A stretch of 64,000 nt of DNA from Phoronis australis. Its lineage: Eukaryota > Animalia > Phoronida. A program made the position numbers and the translations under genes. The notes under the pieces were generated by a model. The model searched no databases. It was not told the origin of the DNA and saw nothing but the letters and a program-made list of their open reading frames with translations. Location of the stretch: positions 310,001 to 374,000 of the forward strand of contig NMRA01000096.1 in assembly GCA_002633005.1 (NCBI GenBank), in the 5' to 3' direction. Below are positions 1 through 12,436 of this stretch, piece by piece (the stretch's first letter is position 1; each line of letters opens with the position of its first letter).

Positions 1-1523
1 CAGTCGCCAAGTCAGAGATCAGGTGAGGTTTACCTTGCCCAACGGCAATTCATTCTTTTTAAGATTGGCACAAATAAACTTCTGCGAATGTTTTATAGAG
101 CAAAACATAACCAAATTCAATGGTATCTCTAGGACAGATCAGCACCCACCCAGCCTCTGTATAACAGTGTACGATGCCAGTAGCAGGATCGAAAGGTAGT
201 AATGACAAAGATCAGTACTGAGTAGATATTTCAATCTGGAATCCACTAGTCGCAAGCGAAATAACACTTTAGTTAGATCTTGATTCTAAAGTTAGTCGTT
301 TTCTTTGTCAAAATGAAAAGTATACTGTAACCCAGTAGGTTATTTCACCAAAGCTAAGTCGTTTTTTAGCCTCTCTTTCAGAATGACAGCACTCCCCCAC
401 TACACACGCCACAACAGGTCAGTCTGCATGGTTAGTTTATGCTATGAAGTTTGAGACGACCACTACTACATAACACAATGTACAATTAAATGGATTAGAC
501 ACTTTTAGTTAATAAAATACAAACTAGTAAACTTAACACGCCACTTGACATTACATCAGTCTTCAAGATGAAAAATGAACAGAAAACATGTGCTTTGTTA
601 CTAGTAAACAATACAACATAGTGTTGGCGGTCACATAGCACTTTTTAACAAAGTGCTTCACAACATTAAAACACTGGCTCTATCCATCTCAATTTTCTGG
701 GTAGTGTGCAAGACATAGAGTAGATATTGTATAGAAAGTGCGTGAAGTTGTCAGCCTAAGAGATTGCACCTGCTTCACTGCAGACAAAACGCACATTACA
801 TTTCTAGTCAACAGGTGGCAGCGAGAAGGAAGGACATCCCATACATCATAATCTCTACTCTCGGATACTGCTAATGGATCGGTTTTCCACTGTTTATGTT
901 GGCACCACCAACGCTTATCATTCGCATGACATTCGCAATCCAAATAGTGTCAGTCCTATTCTCGACACCAAACCTACAATAAGTTTGAGCCATAGTACCT
1001 TAAGCTGAACACCAAATCGCCATGGTCCCACCAGTTTGCGCTATTTTTTCACTCCCTTTCTCACCCAGGTCACAATTTTCGAGCTACCCTGCCTGTCAGA
1101 TTTTCGAGTCACCCTACACAAAAGATTTTGAGCTCCCCATAATTTGTAAGGTATCCCCTCTGTGTCACCATAAATTTGACCTCACGGCCGTTTCCAAGCT
1201 TTACAAGGATGTGCTACTGTGGCTAGGAGGTGGAGGCCACGATTTGTGCAGGGACCTCATTACTTAACAGAGAGGATTTGGCATTAATCACTTTGTTGAA
1301 TAGAGTGAAATCCTGGCACAGAGCTTGAAGCCACCTTTCCTCTGACATTGTAGGGAAGCATAAACCACTACACAACCAACTGGTTCTCAATAGAAATATA
1401 GTCTATCGTACAATAAAGTGCAAAAAGTTAACATCACAAATGAGCAATTCTTACAAATATAAATAGGACATATTTTAAGTTATAGAGACCATCAAGAATC
1501 TAAACAACATGTTGGAGTGTACG

Positions 1524-1666
1524 CTACAACACACAAATCAGTGTCTTTCCGTCAGCAATCTCCGACTCCACTTTGTCAGTAGACGTCCCCTTATCAGCCT
1601 GAATGGACAAGCCAGCACACAGGAACACAAGACCTATACCAACCATGAGTGCATAGAAGGCCCAGC
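1524..1666 (-). CDS. LHFPL2: LHFPL2-like terminal coding exon (GWAFYALMVG...LICVL*)
   Basis: Acceptor atttcttgcag|GC TGG GCC; TAG at 1526-1524. Confidence 0.92.
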
Positions 1667-4088
1667 CTGCAAGAAATAAGGTGATAAATTGTACAATTGT
1701 TTCTATGATCACAAGGTAGAAGCACTAAAGGCTAATTACCCAACTGTAAACAATGAAATTTTTACCATGAAATGTTGTCTTCTGACATATATGAAATACA
1801 AAAAGTCAATAATAGACTAGTAAACTCTTTTTAATCTAGTTTATTTTTCACGAACATTTTTAAGCCTGGTCTGCACGCCACCTATTTGTCAATCACATGA
1901 TTAGTACAACAGGTGGCATGCAGAGCAGACTTAAAAATTTTGTGATCTATCCACTCTGCTTTAAGATTTACACATTATATATCTAGTTTATTTTTATTGA
2001 CAAATTTGACAAAATAAATTAAAAATTATCATTTGTCTGCAACATTGTGCATTAAACATGCAAAGAAATGCCATAGTATCTAAAGAAAGATGGCACAATT
2101 TGTAAAGAGAACAACCTCTCGAAGTGAGAAAGATTCACAGCCGGGAACATGGTGGAAAACCTATGGCCTCATTCTGTATTTGCCGAAGCTGCTGGATTTC
2201 TGAACCAGTAAAAAAGAAGGCAATAGTCGGATATAACGTGCCCGTATTTTGAGAACCAGTTTGATGATCGTTATCCAGTGGAGAAAACTGGTTCTCATAA
2301 TCCAGGGCATGTTATATCTGACCACTACCAAAAAGAACATTAATACGCGAAATAAGTATATGCTGGATTGCAGGTTTGCACGTGCAAACAATATGTACTT
2401 GAACACCAAACTTCAAAAGCCGCCAAGCCAGCAACAAGAAATGAAGTAGGTAATCATTATCAAATGACACCAAATCAACATTTTGACTGTTGATACAAGA
2501 GTTTCCACAAGCTTCATTTTACTATGGTAATTCTCCACTTTGTTCGCACAAAAATAATTGCCAAAATTGTAATTTTCCAGTTTTTCAAAGGCTGCTGCAA
2601 ATAATGGAAAATTTAACAAGTGTTGTACTGTGACATCTACACAGTTCAAACCATGATTTTTCTGAAAAAATTTCACAAAGCGAAATTTCGCTCGACCACC
2701 ATGTTGTGTGCTAAATAGTTGAAGAACTACAGTAACATTCAACTAAATCTCAAAAGCACCTTAAGCTCAATACCATCCAAAATGTGTTTGGTTCACCATG
2801 AACTTACCCATCTCGCAGTCTGCCATCACAAACGGACTTGCCTGGTGTCCACAAACTCGGGTCACTCTTTTTGTACCCCAGCCAACAGGGTACAGCACTG
2901 TAGCGATGATGAGTAGAATACCTGTAACAGGTACACGGAGATGTTACCAACAGCATTATAATGAAATGAGTATCTGCATGATGACCATTACCTGTACCAT
3001 GCAAACGAAATTACTTGTCATTATGAGGCACAAACAAAATGTTATTTTAGTTTTTGAGATTTCACTTCAAAAATTTATATCAAATGAAATTTGGACATCC
3101 TGTTATTTAGCTATGAATGTACCAAAAGGTTTTCTTTTAATTGTATTTTACTAAAGACATGGTAATGTGATCCAATTAATGATAAATTGGCACATAAGGT
3201 CAAAAATCAAGTCCACAGGCTTTCTAAAATATGAACTTTTATAGAGTAAATTTCTATAGTTTTGAATTGTAGATATGTCGATAAGGTCCCACATAATCCT
3301 AATAATGGATGCTCCCTTTCACGTGATCTTTATAAATAGGCAAAGAAATCGATTCTTGTGGTTGCTGATGTATTTCGAAAAAGAAAAATAGAAATTGAAA
3401 TAACAAAGGTAAAATAACCATCCTAACAATGGATATTTGGAGGATGTAGGAGGAATGTGTTTGAAAGCAAACAAATGAACTTCTTACTGAATTTACAAAA
3501 GAGATTTTTACCTGAAATCGTCTGGACAAATCCAGTGATGGTGAATATGCTCTTCTGAAAACAGACCCGCATACACAAACTTAACACAGCTGAACAAGAC
3601 GCGAAGCCCAATATGGCTACGGCTATGGTGAATAATATCAACGAAGCTTTCCATGCGTCCGGGAAATCCTCATCAGGTAAACCAAAACTGGTGACAAACC
3701 TGGCACAATGCACACTGCCAGTGTAAAAGTCTGTAAACCCCTGAATCTGCGTACACCTGTTGAAAATGCCAAGCGTCGGTGTAAATGTTTTCGTATTATC
3801 ATAATAGTCATCATAGTCCGAACTTGGCTCATGCTGAAGGTATTTAGTCCTGTTTCCTGAACGAAATGCGTTTTTTTCACGCTCCTTTCCTATTAGCCAC
3901 TGTGGGGTGATCACTGCGGAGACGACCGTAAGCGTTGCCACCAGACTCAGGAGAGTCCATAGTAACGAGCGACATGTGACGATCACATGACAGTTACAGC
4001 AGCTGCTGTTCTGTTCCTGGTGCCATTCCTTTTCCACAAAGTCCATAAGTGAGTATCGTTTCTCCTTTTGGTAGTTGACCGAGTGCAT
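1524..4088 (-). CDS. LHFPL2: LHFPL tetraspan subfamily member 2-like; join of exons 4088-3512, 2921-2808, 1666-1524 (834 nt, 277 aa)
   Basis: The spliced translation has CHVIVTCRSLLWTLLS...WLIGK, PTLGIFNRC, KSIFTITGFVQTISG, LYPVGWG, DCEMGWAFY and TSTDKVESEIADGKTLICVL*. These track recalled vertebrate LHFPL2 (MCHVIVTCRSMLWTLLS...TSSDKVQEEIEEGKNLICLL). Both introns are GT-AG, phase 1. Confidence 0.93.
1804..2002. mobile_element. Palindromic MITE-like element with a central ~98-nt hairpin (1848-1945)
   Basis: tttttaagcctggtctgcacgccacct pairs with aggtggcatgcagagcagacttaaaaa; outer imperfect inverted repeats gtcaataatagactag / ctagtttatttttattgac. Confidence 0.6.
2520..2734. mobile_element. MITE family A copy (~215-250 bp)
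   Basis: Termini ggtaattctccactttgttcgcaca ... tgtgctaaatagttgaagaactacagta are inverted repeats; the same element recurs at 5290, 6351, 40051, 42882, 44155 and 47253. Confidence 0.8.
2808..2921 (-). CDS. LHFPL2: LHFPL2-like coding exon 2 (GILLIIATVLYPVGWGTKRVTRVCGHQASPFVMADCEM)
   Basis: Not in the ORF track in this frame; ttacag|GT ATT CTA ... GAG ATG G|gtaagt, 114 nt, phase 1-1. Confidence 0.92.
3512..4088 (-). CDS. LHFPL2: LHFPL2-like coding exon 1 (exon begins at 4115 in the 5'UTR)
   Basis: ORF 3423..4088; acceptor tttatttcatag before 4115; donor TCA G|gtaaaa after 3512. Confidence 0.92.
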
Positions 4089-4623
4089 CTTGATGGGTGG
4101 TCAGGATCAGACACTCTATGAAATAAAGCAAAAACGTGCAAGTTAGGTGTAATTCACAAAATTCTATTGTATGCTATAGTGTACTGTAAAAATTGTCCAG
4201 TTCGGAACAATCTCTAAATTTCAGGGCACCAAAATTGAACTTTCTCAATTCTGAAGATACGGACATGGACAGTTATGGTGTTCATCATATTTCTCAAATA
4301 TTGCATACTCATTTTGTTTTGAGAGCCTAGAAACAGACTCGGTAACGTATAAAATTGTAGGAACAAAATGCCAATACAATGTTTTCATGTGTCCCCATAG
4401 TGTGCAACACCAGCAGTTGTTTGCCATAGACTGTAATAGGGCCGTCCCGGATAAGACAGCGACACTCAAACCTCGCTGTATTTACCCACAATGCCCTAAA
4501 CATCCATCAGGCACATTTGCTGCCTCGTTTTCATGCCACTGGAGATATATTTATACACACAATGGAGATCATGGGTAAGATGCCTACTACTAAGTCTGAT
4601 TGGATTTTTGTGTTTGACCAGTG

Positions 4624-4696
4624 GTCCTGATGGCTCAGTGGCTAGAGCGTCTACACGGTTAGCAGAAGGTCCTGGGTTTGAGTCCCGGTCGGGGGT
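4624..4696 (+). repeat. tRNA-derived sequence (SINE head or tRNA pseudogene)
   Basis: A box TGGCTCAGTGG, B box GGTTTGAGTCC, T-arm CTGGG/CCCGG, acceptor GTCCTGA/TCGGGGG (6 of 7 pairs including G-U). The anticodon stem has a mismatch and the loop is atypical (ACGGTTA), so it is probably not a functional tRNA. Confidence 0.75.
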
Positions 4697-4847
4697 GGAA
4701 ATTGTTTTGGACTTATATTTTATTAGGTCACGTAATGTAACCAAAAGATGGCAGGTTGAACAGTATAAACTATTTCCAACATGTTATTTGTTGTTGTCTG
4801 ATTCTTTACTAGTTTTTCTCGCCTGCATTACTCCATTCATTTTTCCA

Positions 4848-5085
4848 ATGCCAACAAAGTATTACTGCTGTGCTGTGGGCTGTAACCCCAACATGAGAAA
4901 GTTTGATAAACTGGACAAATACCAGTGGATGTGTGATCTGAAATTCTATGCCTTCTCAACATCAGTGAGACACACGAAAATGTGCCCGAATTCCAAAATG
5001 AGGTCACAGGCTTTCTTATCTCTGAGACAAAAGAGAGTTCTACTACTGTGTAATCCGGGGCGGCTCTATAACCTTCAGTATGGTA
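4848..5085 (+). pseudogene. Decayed THAP-domain-like fragment, probably a DNA transposon relic
   Basis: MPTKYYCCAVGCNPNMRK...LKFYAFS resembles the THAP start (M-x-C-x-V-x-GC ... F-x-x-F-P); no intact CxxH follows in frame. Confidence 0.5.
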
Positions 5086-5289
5086 AGTGCAAGATTGCCA
5101 ATGACTAAAGTTTGGTACAACTGCTATGAAAAGTTGAGCCAAATAATAAATCTTTAACAGTCCCTAACTAGACAGGTAAACAACAGCATGTTCCCAGTTG
5201 GTGCTTCACAAACAGTTGCGAGGAATACCTATTGTTGTAACATAACTTTTTGAGTTGACCAGTTTCTACCAACCAGTGAGTACATAATA

Positions 5290-5522
5290 GGTAAATCTCC
5301 ACTCACTTCGCACAAAATTAATCACCAAAATTGTCATTTCCCCAGTTTTCAAAGGCTGATTACTTTTCTGCAATTTAGCAAAAATTTACCGTAAGTTGTT
5401 TTATCACATCTACGCAGTTGCAAACCATTCTAGTAACAGACTATAACTTTCTTCATCGACAAAAATAGAATTTCAATTTTCCACCATATCATGAGCTAAA
5501 TAAGTGAAGGATTGCCACAGTA
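5290..5522. mobile_element. MITE family A copy
   Basis: ggtaaatctccactcacttcgcaca ... gagctaaataagtgaaggattgccacagta. Confidence 0.75.
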
Positions 5523-7389
5523 CCACACATGGAGAAATAAGAGACTTGATAAGCATGTACCTGATCAGCTGGAATGTCAGTCAGTAACAAAGGGAATCTA
5601 CCATCTGTCACTTACAGACAACAAACTGCTGTGGCTGTCCCAGACAGCTGGACTTACCAGTAACAAATCCCAGACACAACTGCTTAAGTGTTAATCAGGT
5701 TAACAAACAACTCACACTTATCAGTGGGGGTGATCTGCATACATAATAAACAACATCCCACATTCCCAGTCATTAAATAGGCCAATGGCTTCCCCACCAT
5801 GAAGGGTGCTAATTGATGTGTTTTCGTGAGTCATGCATAGATAACTATCCAATGAGCATTTTTCTGCTGTCAAATGGCATCATGGCTGGGTATTTGTAAG
5901 GATAAGCCCATACTGAGATAAGCCCCCACTCCTACTACAGAAATTCTCCATTTATTTCTAAGAACACTATATGGCCGACAAGTAAATTCTCTTTGGTTAC
6001 ATTTCTCGGAGAAATGACAGATTAAGAACGTTTTTGTACATTACAAGAATGGAGTGTAGTATGTAGATATCATAAAACAACATTTGCTACAACTTCCATT
6101 ATTTGGAAACTGATAATCAAGTCTTTGAAAAATGGAAAATGAAACTTTAACTTATTTTTTTTGAGTAAATGAAATGAAGAATCACTGTACATGAAACTGA
6201 AACCCATGGAGTGTCCTGACCTTTTGGAACACAATGGGAACCACCCCAGTAGAAATATTGTTCGTCATGGAGGTAAGACAAGGTGTTGTTAAATTGGCCT
6301 TGTTTTAGACATGTCAAGCTGATTCTGGGAATCATGTCAGAAAATATCGNAATTGCCAAAATTGTCATTTCCCCAATTTTCAAAGGCTGATTACTTTTCT
6401 GCAAATAAGCGAAAATTTACCGTAAGTTGTTTTATCACATCTACGTAGTGCAAACCATTCGAGTAACATACTATAACTTCTTCATCGACAAAAATAGAAT
6501 TTCAATTTTCCACCATATCATGAGCTAAATAAGTGAAGGATTGCCACAGTACCACACATGGAGAAATAAGAGACTTGATAAGCATGTACCTGATCAGCTG
6601 GAATGTCAGACAGTAACAAAGGGAATCTACCATCTGTCACTTACAGACAACAAACTGCTGTGGCTGTCCCAGACAGCTGGACTTACCAGTAACAAATCCC
6701 AGACACAACTGCTTAAGTGTTAATCAGGTTAACAAACAACTCACACTTATCAGTGGGGGTGATCTGCATACATAATAAACAACATCCCACATTCCCAGTC
6801 ATTAAATAGGCCAATGGCTTCCCCACCATGAAGGGTGCTAATTGATGTGTTTTCATGAGTCATGAATAGATAACTATCCAATGAGCATTTTTCTGCTGTC
6901 AAATGGCATCATGGCTGGGTATTTGTAAGGATAAGCCCATACTGAGATAAGCCCCCACTCCTACTACAGAAATTCTCCATTTATTTCTAAGAACACAATA
7001 TCATATATGGCCGACAAGTAAATTCTCTTTGGTTACATTTCTCGCAGAAATGACAGATTAAGAACGTTTTTGTACATTACAACAATGGAGTGTAGTATGT
7101 AGATATCATAAAACAACATTTGCTACAACTTCCATTATTTGGAAACTGATAATCAAGTCTTCGAAAAATGGAAAATGAAACTTTAACTTATTTTTTTTGA
7201 GTAAATGAAATGAAGAATCACTGTACATGAAACTGAAACCCATGGAATGTCCTGACCTTTTGGAACACAATGGGAACCGCCCCAGTAGAAATATTGTTCG
7301 TCATGGAGGTAAGACAAGGTGTTGTTAAATTGGCCTAGCTTGTTTTAGACATGTCAAGCTGATTCTGGGAATCATGTCAGAAAATATCG
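5326..7389. repeat. ~1.03 kb near-identical tandem duplication (about 5326-6349 and 6357-7389)
   Basis: Both copies run from ccaaaattgtcatttcccc to atcatgtcagaaaatatcg; ORFs 5512 and 6541 differ by one residue; a single N at 6350 marks the junction. Confidence 0.95.
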
Positions 7390-10278
7390 CATTCATGGAT
7401 ATTTCTCTGTCATTGCAGCACACAGCACAGCAGTAAAACTTGAAAAAAAGCAAGGCCCAACAAATGACATGAGAAACTTTAATGGTGTGAAAAGGAGACT
7501 TGGGAACTGCTTGACAGACAGATGTTACAGCACCACAGACAAGAGATTCATTATGTAATCCGACCATCCTATTCAACAAGTCTTCTCTCAGATACAGCAG
7601 ACTGAGTTCAACCATAAGCGCAAATAAACATTTTATGTAAATTGAAATATAATAGTCCCTTTCATCACACAGAAACAATTAAAGAGAAGAAGCCCTCAAC
7701 ATTGTCTGTGATGTCACCTAGTCATGACAGAAAAATATAAACAGCCATTCTGNACAAATAATCATAGTTTCTATAGATACCGGACTCAAAACTTGAAAGC
7801 AAGTACACTGAGTGATGATCCTATTAACGCTACACACAATGCCATCTTTGAAAATCAACCTTGGTTTGAGTTTTTGGTTAGGGCCCATCATCTGGTTTCC
7901 ACCACTAATGCTCTACGTGTTGAAGTCAATTTTTAGGTTCGTTACACATGACCATGACAAAGCATGAGAGACCTCATGACCATATCTATCCACAAAAAGC
8001 AGAGTCTAAAAATTATTGAAGACTTGGGTTTGTTAAAAACAATACCTGCACACCAGTCATCATTTTCAGCTACCCATATTTCCCATGTCTCCTATTCTTC
8101 ACCTTTACATAACTTTTGGTACCTTCACTAAACAAGGTGAATGGTAAAAGGCAATATTGTTAACAATTGTTCATAGAGTAACTGATAAGCCAAACCATGG
8201 ACAGTTACTAACATGTTCCAAGAGATATGTTATCAATGTAAACAAGCTCTATTGCTTTGCTAGTGAAGCATTGACAACAGGAATCAGAAAACTGGTACCT
8301 AGAGAAACACTGTGTCCTATTACCTGGAAGTCAATATCAACAGAAATCTATAGTTGGATCAGATGCTCCTTTTGTATTAAAGGTACTTGGCAGCATCTTA
8401 AAAAGACTAGCGCCACTTGCCAACCTCACTAGAACTTAGTTGCCCCAAATGCACCCATGAACTACTTCAATTTGCAAACATGTCAGAATTATGCTCATTA
8501 AAAATGAATTAACCATCAGCTTAGAAACTATAAGTTCGGGCAGAAGAAACCTCAAAAGTTCATGCATCAAGGCCTAACCGAGATCTGTAAGCAGTTTAAA
8601 GATGCCATCATCAAACCACCAAGGGCACTTACCATTAAAAAAACTGATCTCAACTTTTTTTACTCAGACGAGAAGTGACTAGGGGCTTGAAAGGAACTGG
8701 CAATTCCCTAGTGCCCGAGACTACGCTCCAAGCCTAAACTGATTCGGCGAGACAGCTGGACAAGTTAATGAGCCAGGTCTCAAGCAACAATGAATTGTCA
8801 GTCAGTCCCATGCACAGGAACCACATTCAAATTGAGAAACGAAAAAAATAGTAGCGATTCGGTGACAGTAGCAGGTTGAACATGAATGTTTCGTAGTTAC
8901 CAATGGTAAGGCCTTACCTTGCAGCATTTAAACAAAAGGTACTGTTTTATCGGTATAAGATTCTGCTAAATAAGGAATATGCCTTCTGAGCACTCTCAGT
9001 GCTCCATATAGCACCAATGAACTGCCCAAGTTGATGCCAGCAATTCAAAATCAATTCCAACTGTCACACCACGCCTGTAATCTGATTTCACAGTCAACTT
9101 AATCTGTAAATAATCACCTCTAAAAGCAAGTTATGAGAGTTAATTCACCATCCACATTTCATTAGCTGCAAGGGTCACACCAAGAGGTTGTCTTTATTCA
9201 ACAGAGTCACTAGGCCAGCAATACAGTGCAACTTGTCGAGAGTGGGGGAGCACACCAAGCCATATTTATTGTATGTACTAAATCAAGTCATAACTGAGTC
9301 ATAATATTACAAAATACTACGAAAGTTCTGAATCTTGATACAAGTGCCGCAGTACCTTAATTTCAAAGTCTCCGACTTTCACTGGATGTTTCAACAGAGC
9401 GGTTTAACAGAAAAAAATTCTATAGTATTTGTTATCTACAAAGGACAAGTTGCACAGATTAAATCAGTGGTCATTCATGTTCAATGTTAGCCCAAGGCTG
9501 TATTTTTACTTCATTTTATGCAGCTGAAGTGAAGACACATATTGAGTTTATGGGTGCGTCACCCAGGATGCAATCTTGATATACCATAAGAAATTAAAGC
9601 AGTTACTTTTGTTGTATTTTCCATCAATATAATCACCACCAGATTAGCTTCATTTTTCCAATTTACGCAGTGCGTTTGTCCAGTGGTACTGCAATGATCT
9701 CTGAACTATTTCCATAACTCCAAAAATGCAGGAAGACAGATCCAATGGACATCAGTATTTAGAAGTGTAGGGTGAACACTGCATGCCCCACAAGATATTT
9801 CCTGGAAACAACTTCATACAGCTAAGCAGGTACAAAACAGTGGACTAAAATACTACTTACATAAAAAATTCAGTCAGTTTAGAAGAGTGAAAAACATTAG
9901 TTTGCTCAAGATCAATGAGCAACTTTGGCCACCAAAATTAAAAGTTGTAGTAAATGACAAATGATTACAACCTCAATGGTACATACTATGGGACCCATTG
10001 AAACATTCCCTTGGTAGATATTTTATGAACTGCCAAGTCCCTTTTCAGACTCTGCTAATGAAAAACAGTGTCTAGCTACTTGAGATATACGAATGCCAAA
10101 ATCACCCAGGTAGCACTTGTCAGAATCAAGAAAATTTAATTTCAGCTAGAATGTGGTGTACCAAGTGCTAAAGAGTGTCCCAAACTGGAGAATATTTACT
10201 TCGACTCCCATTGAGTGATAACAATTGATTGCTTCATGACTTGACCCCATTCTATGACTGGTTTATCACCCGTACAAG

Positions 10279-10945
10279 TATGGAAAGCCAAAACGCAAAA
10301 AATTCCAGGACAAATTTTCTGTTAAAAAATATAACTCAAAACCAAAATTTATTGTGCCTGAACCTATAAGTTATCACAGGACCAAAATTTAACACGTCAG
10401 GACCAAAAATATATCATGCCAGGACACAAAATTTATCACGCCAGGACATAAAATTTCTTTCCAGGAGAAAATTTCATGACATGTGACAATGACTATCCAC
10501 TTGTCTCTGTAATACTCAGCTGTATTCAAGTATAGTATACATTGGCTTCTGTTGTATAACATGGAAGAGACGATAGAAATTCAATATCTCTCTGAGGGGT
10601 CACGTGCTAGTGGATGGTCACGTGGTTTCCTGGCATGAAATTTTCCTGACGTGAAATTTTCCTGACGTGAAATTTTCCTGACGTGAAATTTTCCTGACGT
10701 GAAATTTTCCAGACGTGAAAAATTCTCTTGATGTGTGAAATTTTCTTGAGCGAAATTTTCCTGAGGTGTGAAATTTTCCTGGCGTGCAAAATTTTCCAGA
10801 CATAATAAATTCCGAGTCCTGCCATGTTAAAGTTTGGTCCTGACGTGATTATAGATCCTGATGCGACAAATTTTGGTCCTGCAGAGAATTTCATTCTTGA
10901 ATAGAAAACTTTTGTCTGGAAATTTTTCTACTTTGGCTTTCCATA
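10279..10945. mobile_element. Foldback/MITE element with TIRs and an internal 16-bp tandem array
   Basis: TIRs tatggaaagccaaaacgcaaaaaattccag / ctggaaatttttctactttggctttccata; subterminal caggaccaaaattt units on the left are mirrored by aaattttggtcctg on the right. Confidence 0.85.
10635..10801. repeat. 16-bp minisatellite (GAAATTTTCCTGACGT)n, about 10 copies
   Basis: Directly visible tandem array; it explains the periodic ORFs 10607..10894 and 10618..10803. Confidence 0.95.
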
Positions 10946-12021
10946 AACAAGGAGACCAGCACATTCAGGTACATTACTTTTAGCTGTCTATTAACTCCCA
11001 CACAATGATAAGCCAATATAGTGGAGGTAAAAATTATCAACCCCTTATCAACCCTTGGTCACCTGAGATGGCTGTGTCATAAATAGGCCTTCATCTAGCA
11101 GGAGTTCAGGGCATCCAAAATGATCAAAAAACTCAACTTTTGACACCCAATTTAGGACCCCTGTTAGGCATTTGGACAACCTGTTCTGAATTTGGAAGGC
11201 CTGTTCAGCATTTGGATGACCAAGTAAAGCAAACAAGTAACCACTGGTATCTTTTTTAACTCGTTAACATTACCTATTTAGAACTCATTGGCCTGTCTCG
11301 AAAAAAAGTTAGATAAGATACGATCAGCTTTATTGCATACCCATGTCTCTGCAATAAAAGACTATTAGGCTTGGGATCATTAAAACGCAGTCGCCCATCA
11401 TTGAAGAAGAATGCCCTGAGAAATTGTGAAATCAGTTATGGATGCTGGTCCCGAGACAACTTGCTTCAGGGTAACAAAACAGCCAATGATACCTTGTCGG
11501 CAAGACATAAGACTCAACCTGATTTTCAAGTAATGGTAAATCTCATCAGTTTCCCATAAAAACTGGACTTCTTCATACTTCCAGAGCTTCTGACATTGTT
11601 TTGAAAGCCCAGAATTTCTCAATTTGAAAACTTTTGTCAGGTGGTACCTGTGGAAATGATTCATTTATACACGGTAGTCCTGTTTTGCTTTTATGAAAGC
11701 AATGAGGAAATGAAACTTCTCAAGTCCATCACACTGTGCAGTTAACTGGCAAGATTTAAGTTTACACTTCAACTAGTCACAAACATTGCAAATTCAAAAA
11801 CAATCTGATTACTGGTAGGCAGTTTAAGATGAGTGCAAAACTTCTATGGATGACAGCAAAATTCATTAATTTTTAACACAAAAAGTCATTTTTAAAAAGT
11901 TCGAAATCATGGAGGTATGCAAATTGTGATGTCCTCAGCTTTCTGAAAAGTTATAAAGTACCTAATTGAAAAAAATGCCTTCACTGGCTACAAACAAAAA
12001 TTCCACACCACCATCACATCT

Positions 12022-12436
12022 CAGGGCTCGATGCTTACATAATGTTAATTCGCCAAGTATGATCTGGCAAAATTCCCAGTTTGCCAAATGAGATACAAGA
12101 ACTGCCAACTCAGAAAATGATAGCTGGATAGCATTTTTTGGTACAATGGAAAATTGGGAATGTTTTGCGTACTACTTGGTTACGCTCAATTTCCACCTTT
12201 AGGTCCAAATATACCACACAAGCTTGCTTCTTGAGGAAGAACCAGATGATCGGCACACAGTGGCCTGTGCATGACTCATGAAAGGGCCCTTACAATTTTT
12301 GCCAAATAATTGCGACTTCCATTTGCTTACTTCCAGATATGTGCGTGACGGCTTTATGGTGACCTGAGATTTTTACCAGGCTGCCAAACAAAATGAGGTG
12401 GAATTGGCAATCTGAAGGTCATCAAATTGAGCCCTA
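12022..12436. mobile_element. hAT-like non-autonomous element (degenerate)
   Basis: Termini cagggctcgat ... attgagccct; no clear TSD. Confidence 0.45.

Noticed and set aside
4624-4696. Functional tRNA gene
   Set aside because: Mismatched anticodon stem, no U33, TTT instead of TTC in the T loop, and an unpaired first acceptor pair.
4533-5108. 191-aa plus-strand ORF
   Set aside because: It reads through a tRNA-like repeat and a THAP relic and has no coherent protein or splice structure.
10607-10894. Periodic ORFs (SRQENFTSGKFHVRKI)n
   Set aside because: These are translations of the 16-bp minisatellite, not a gene.
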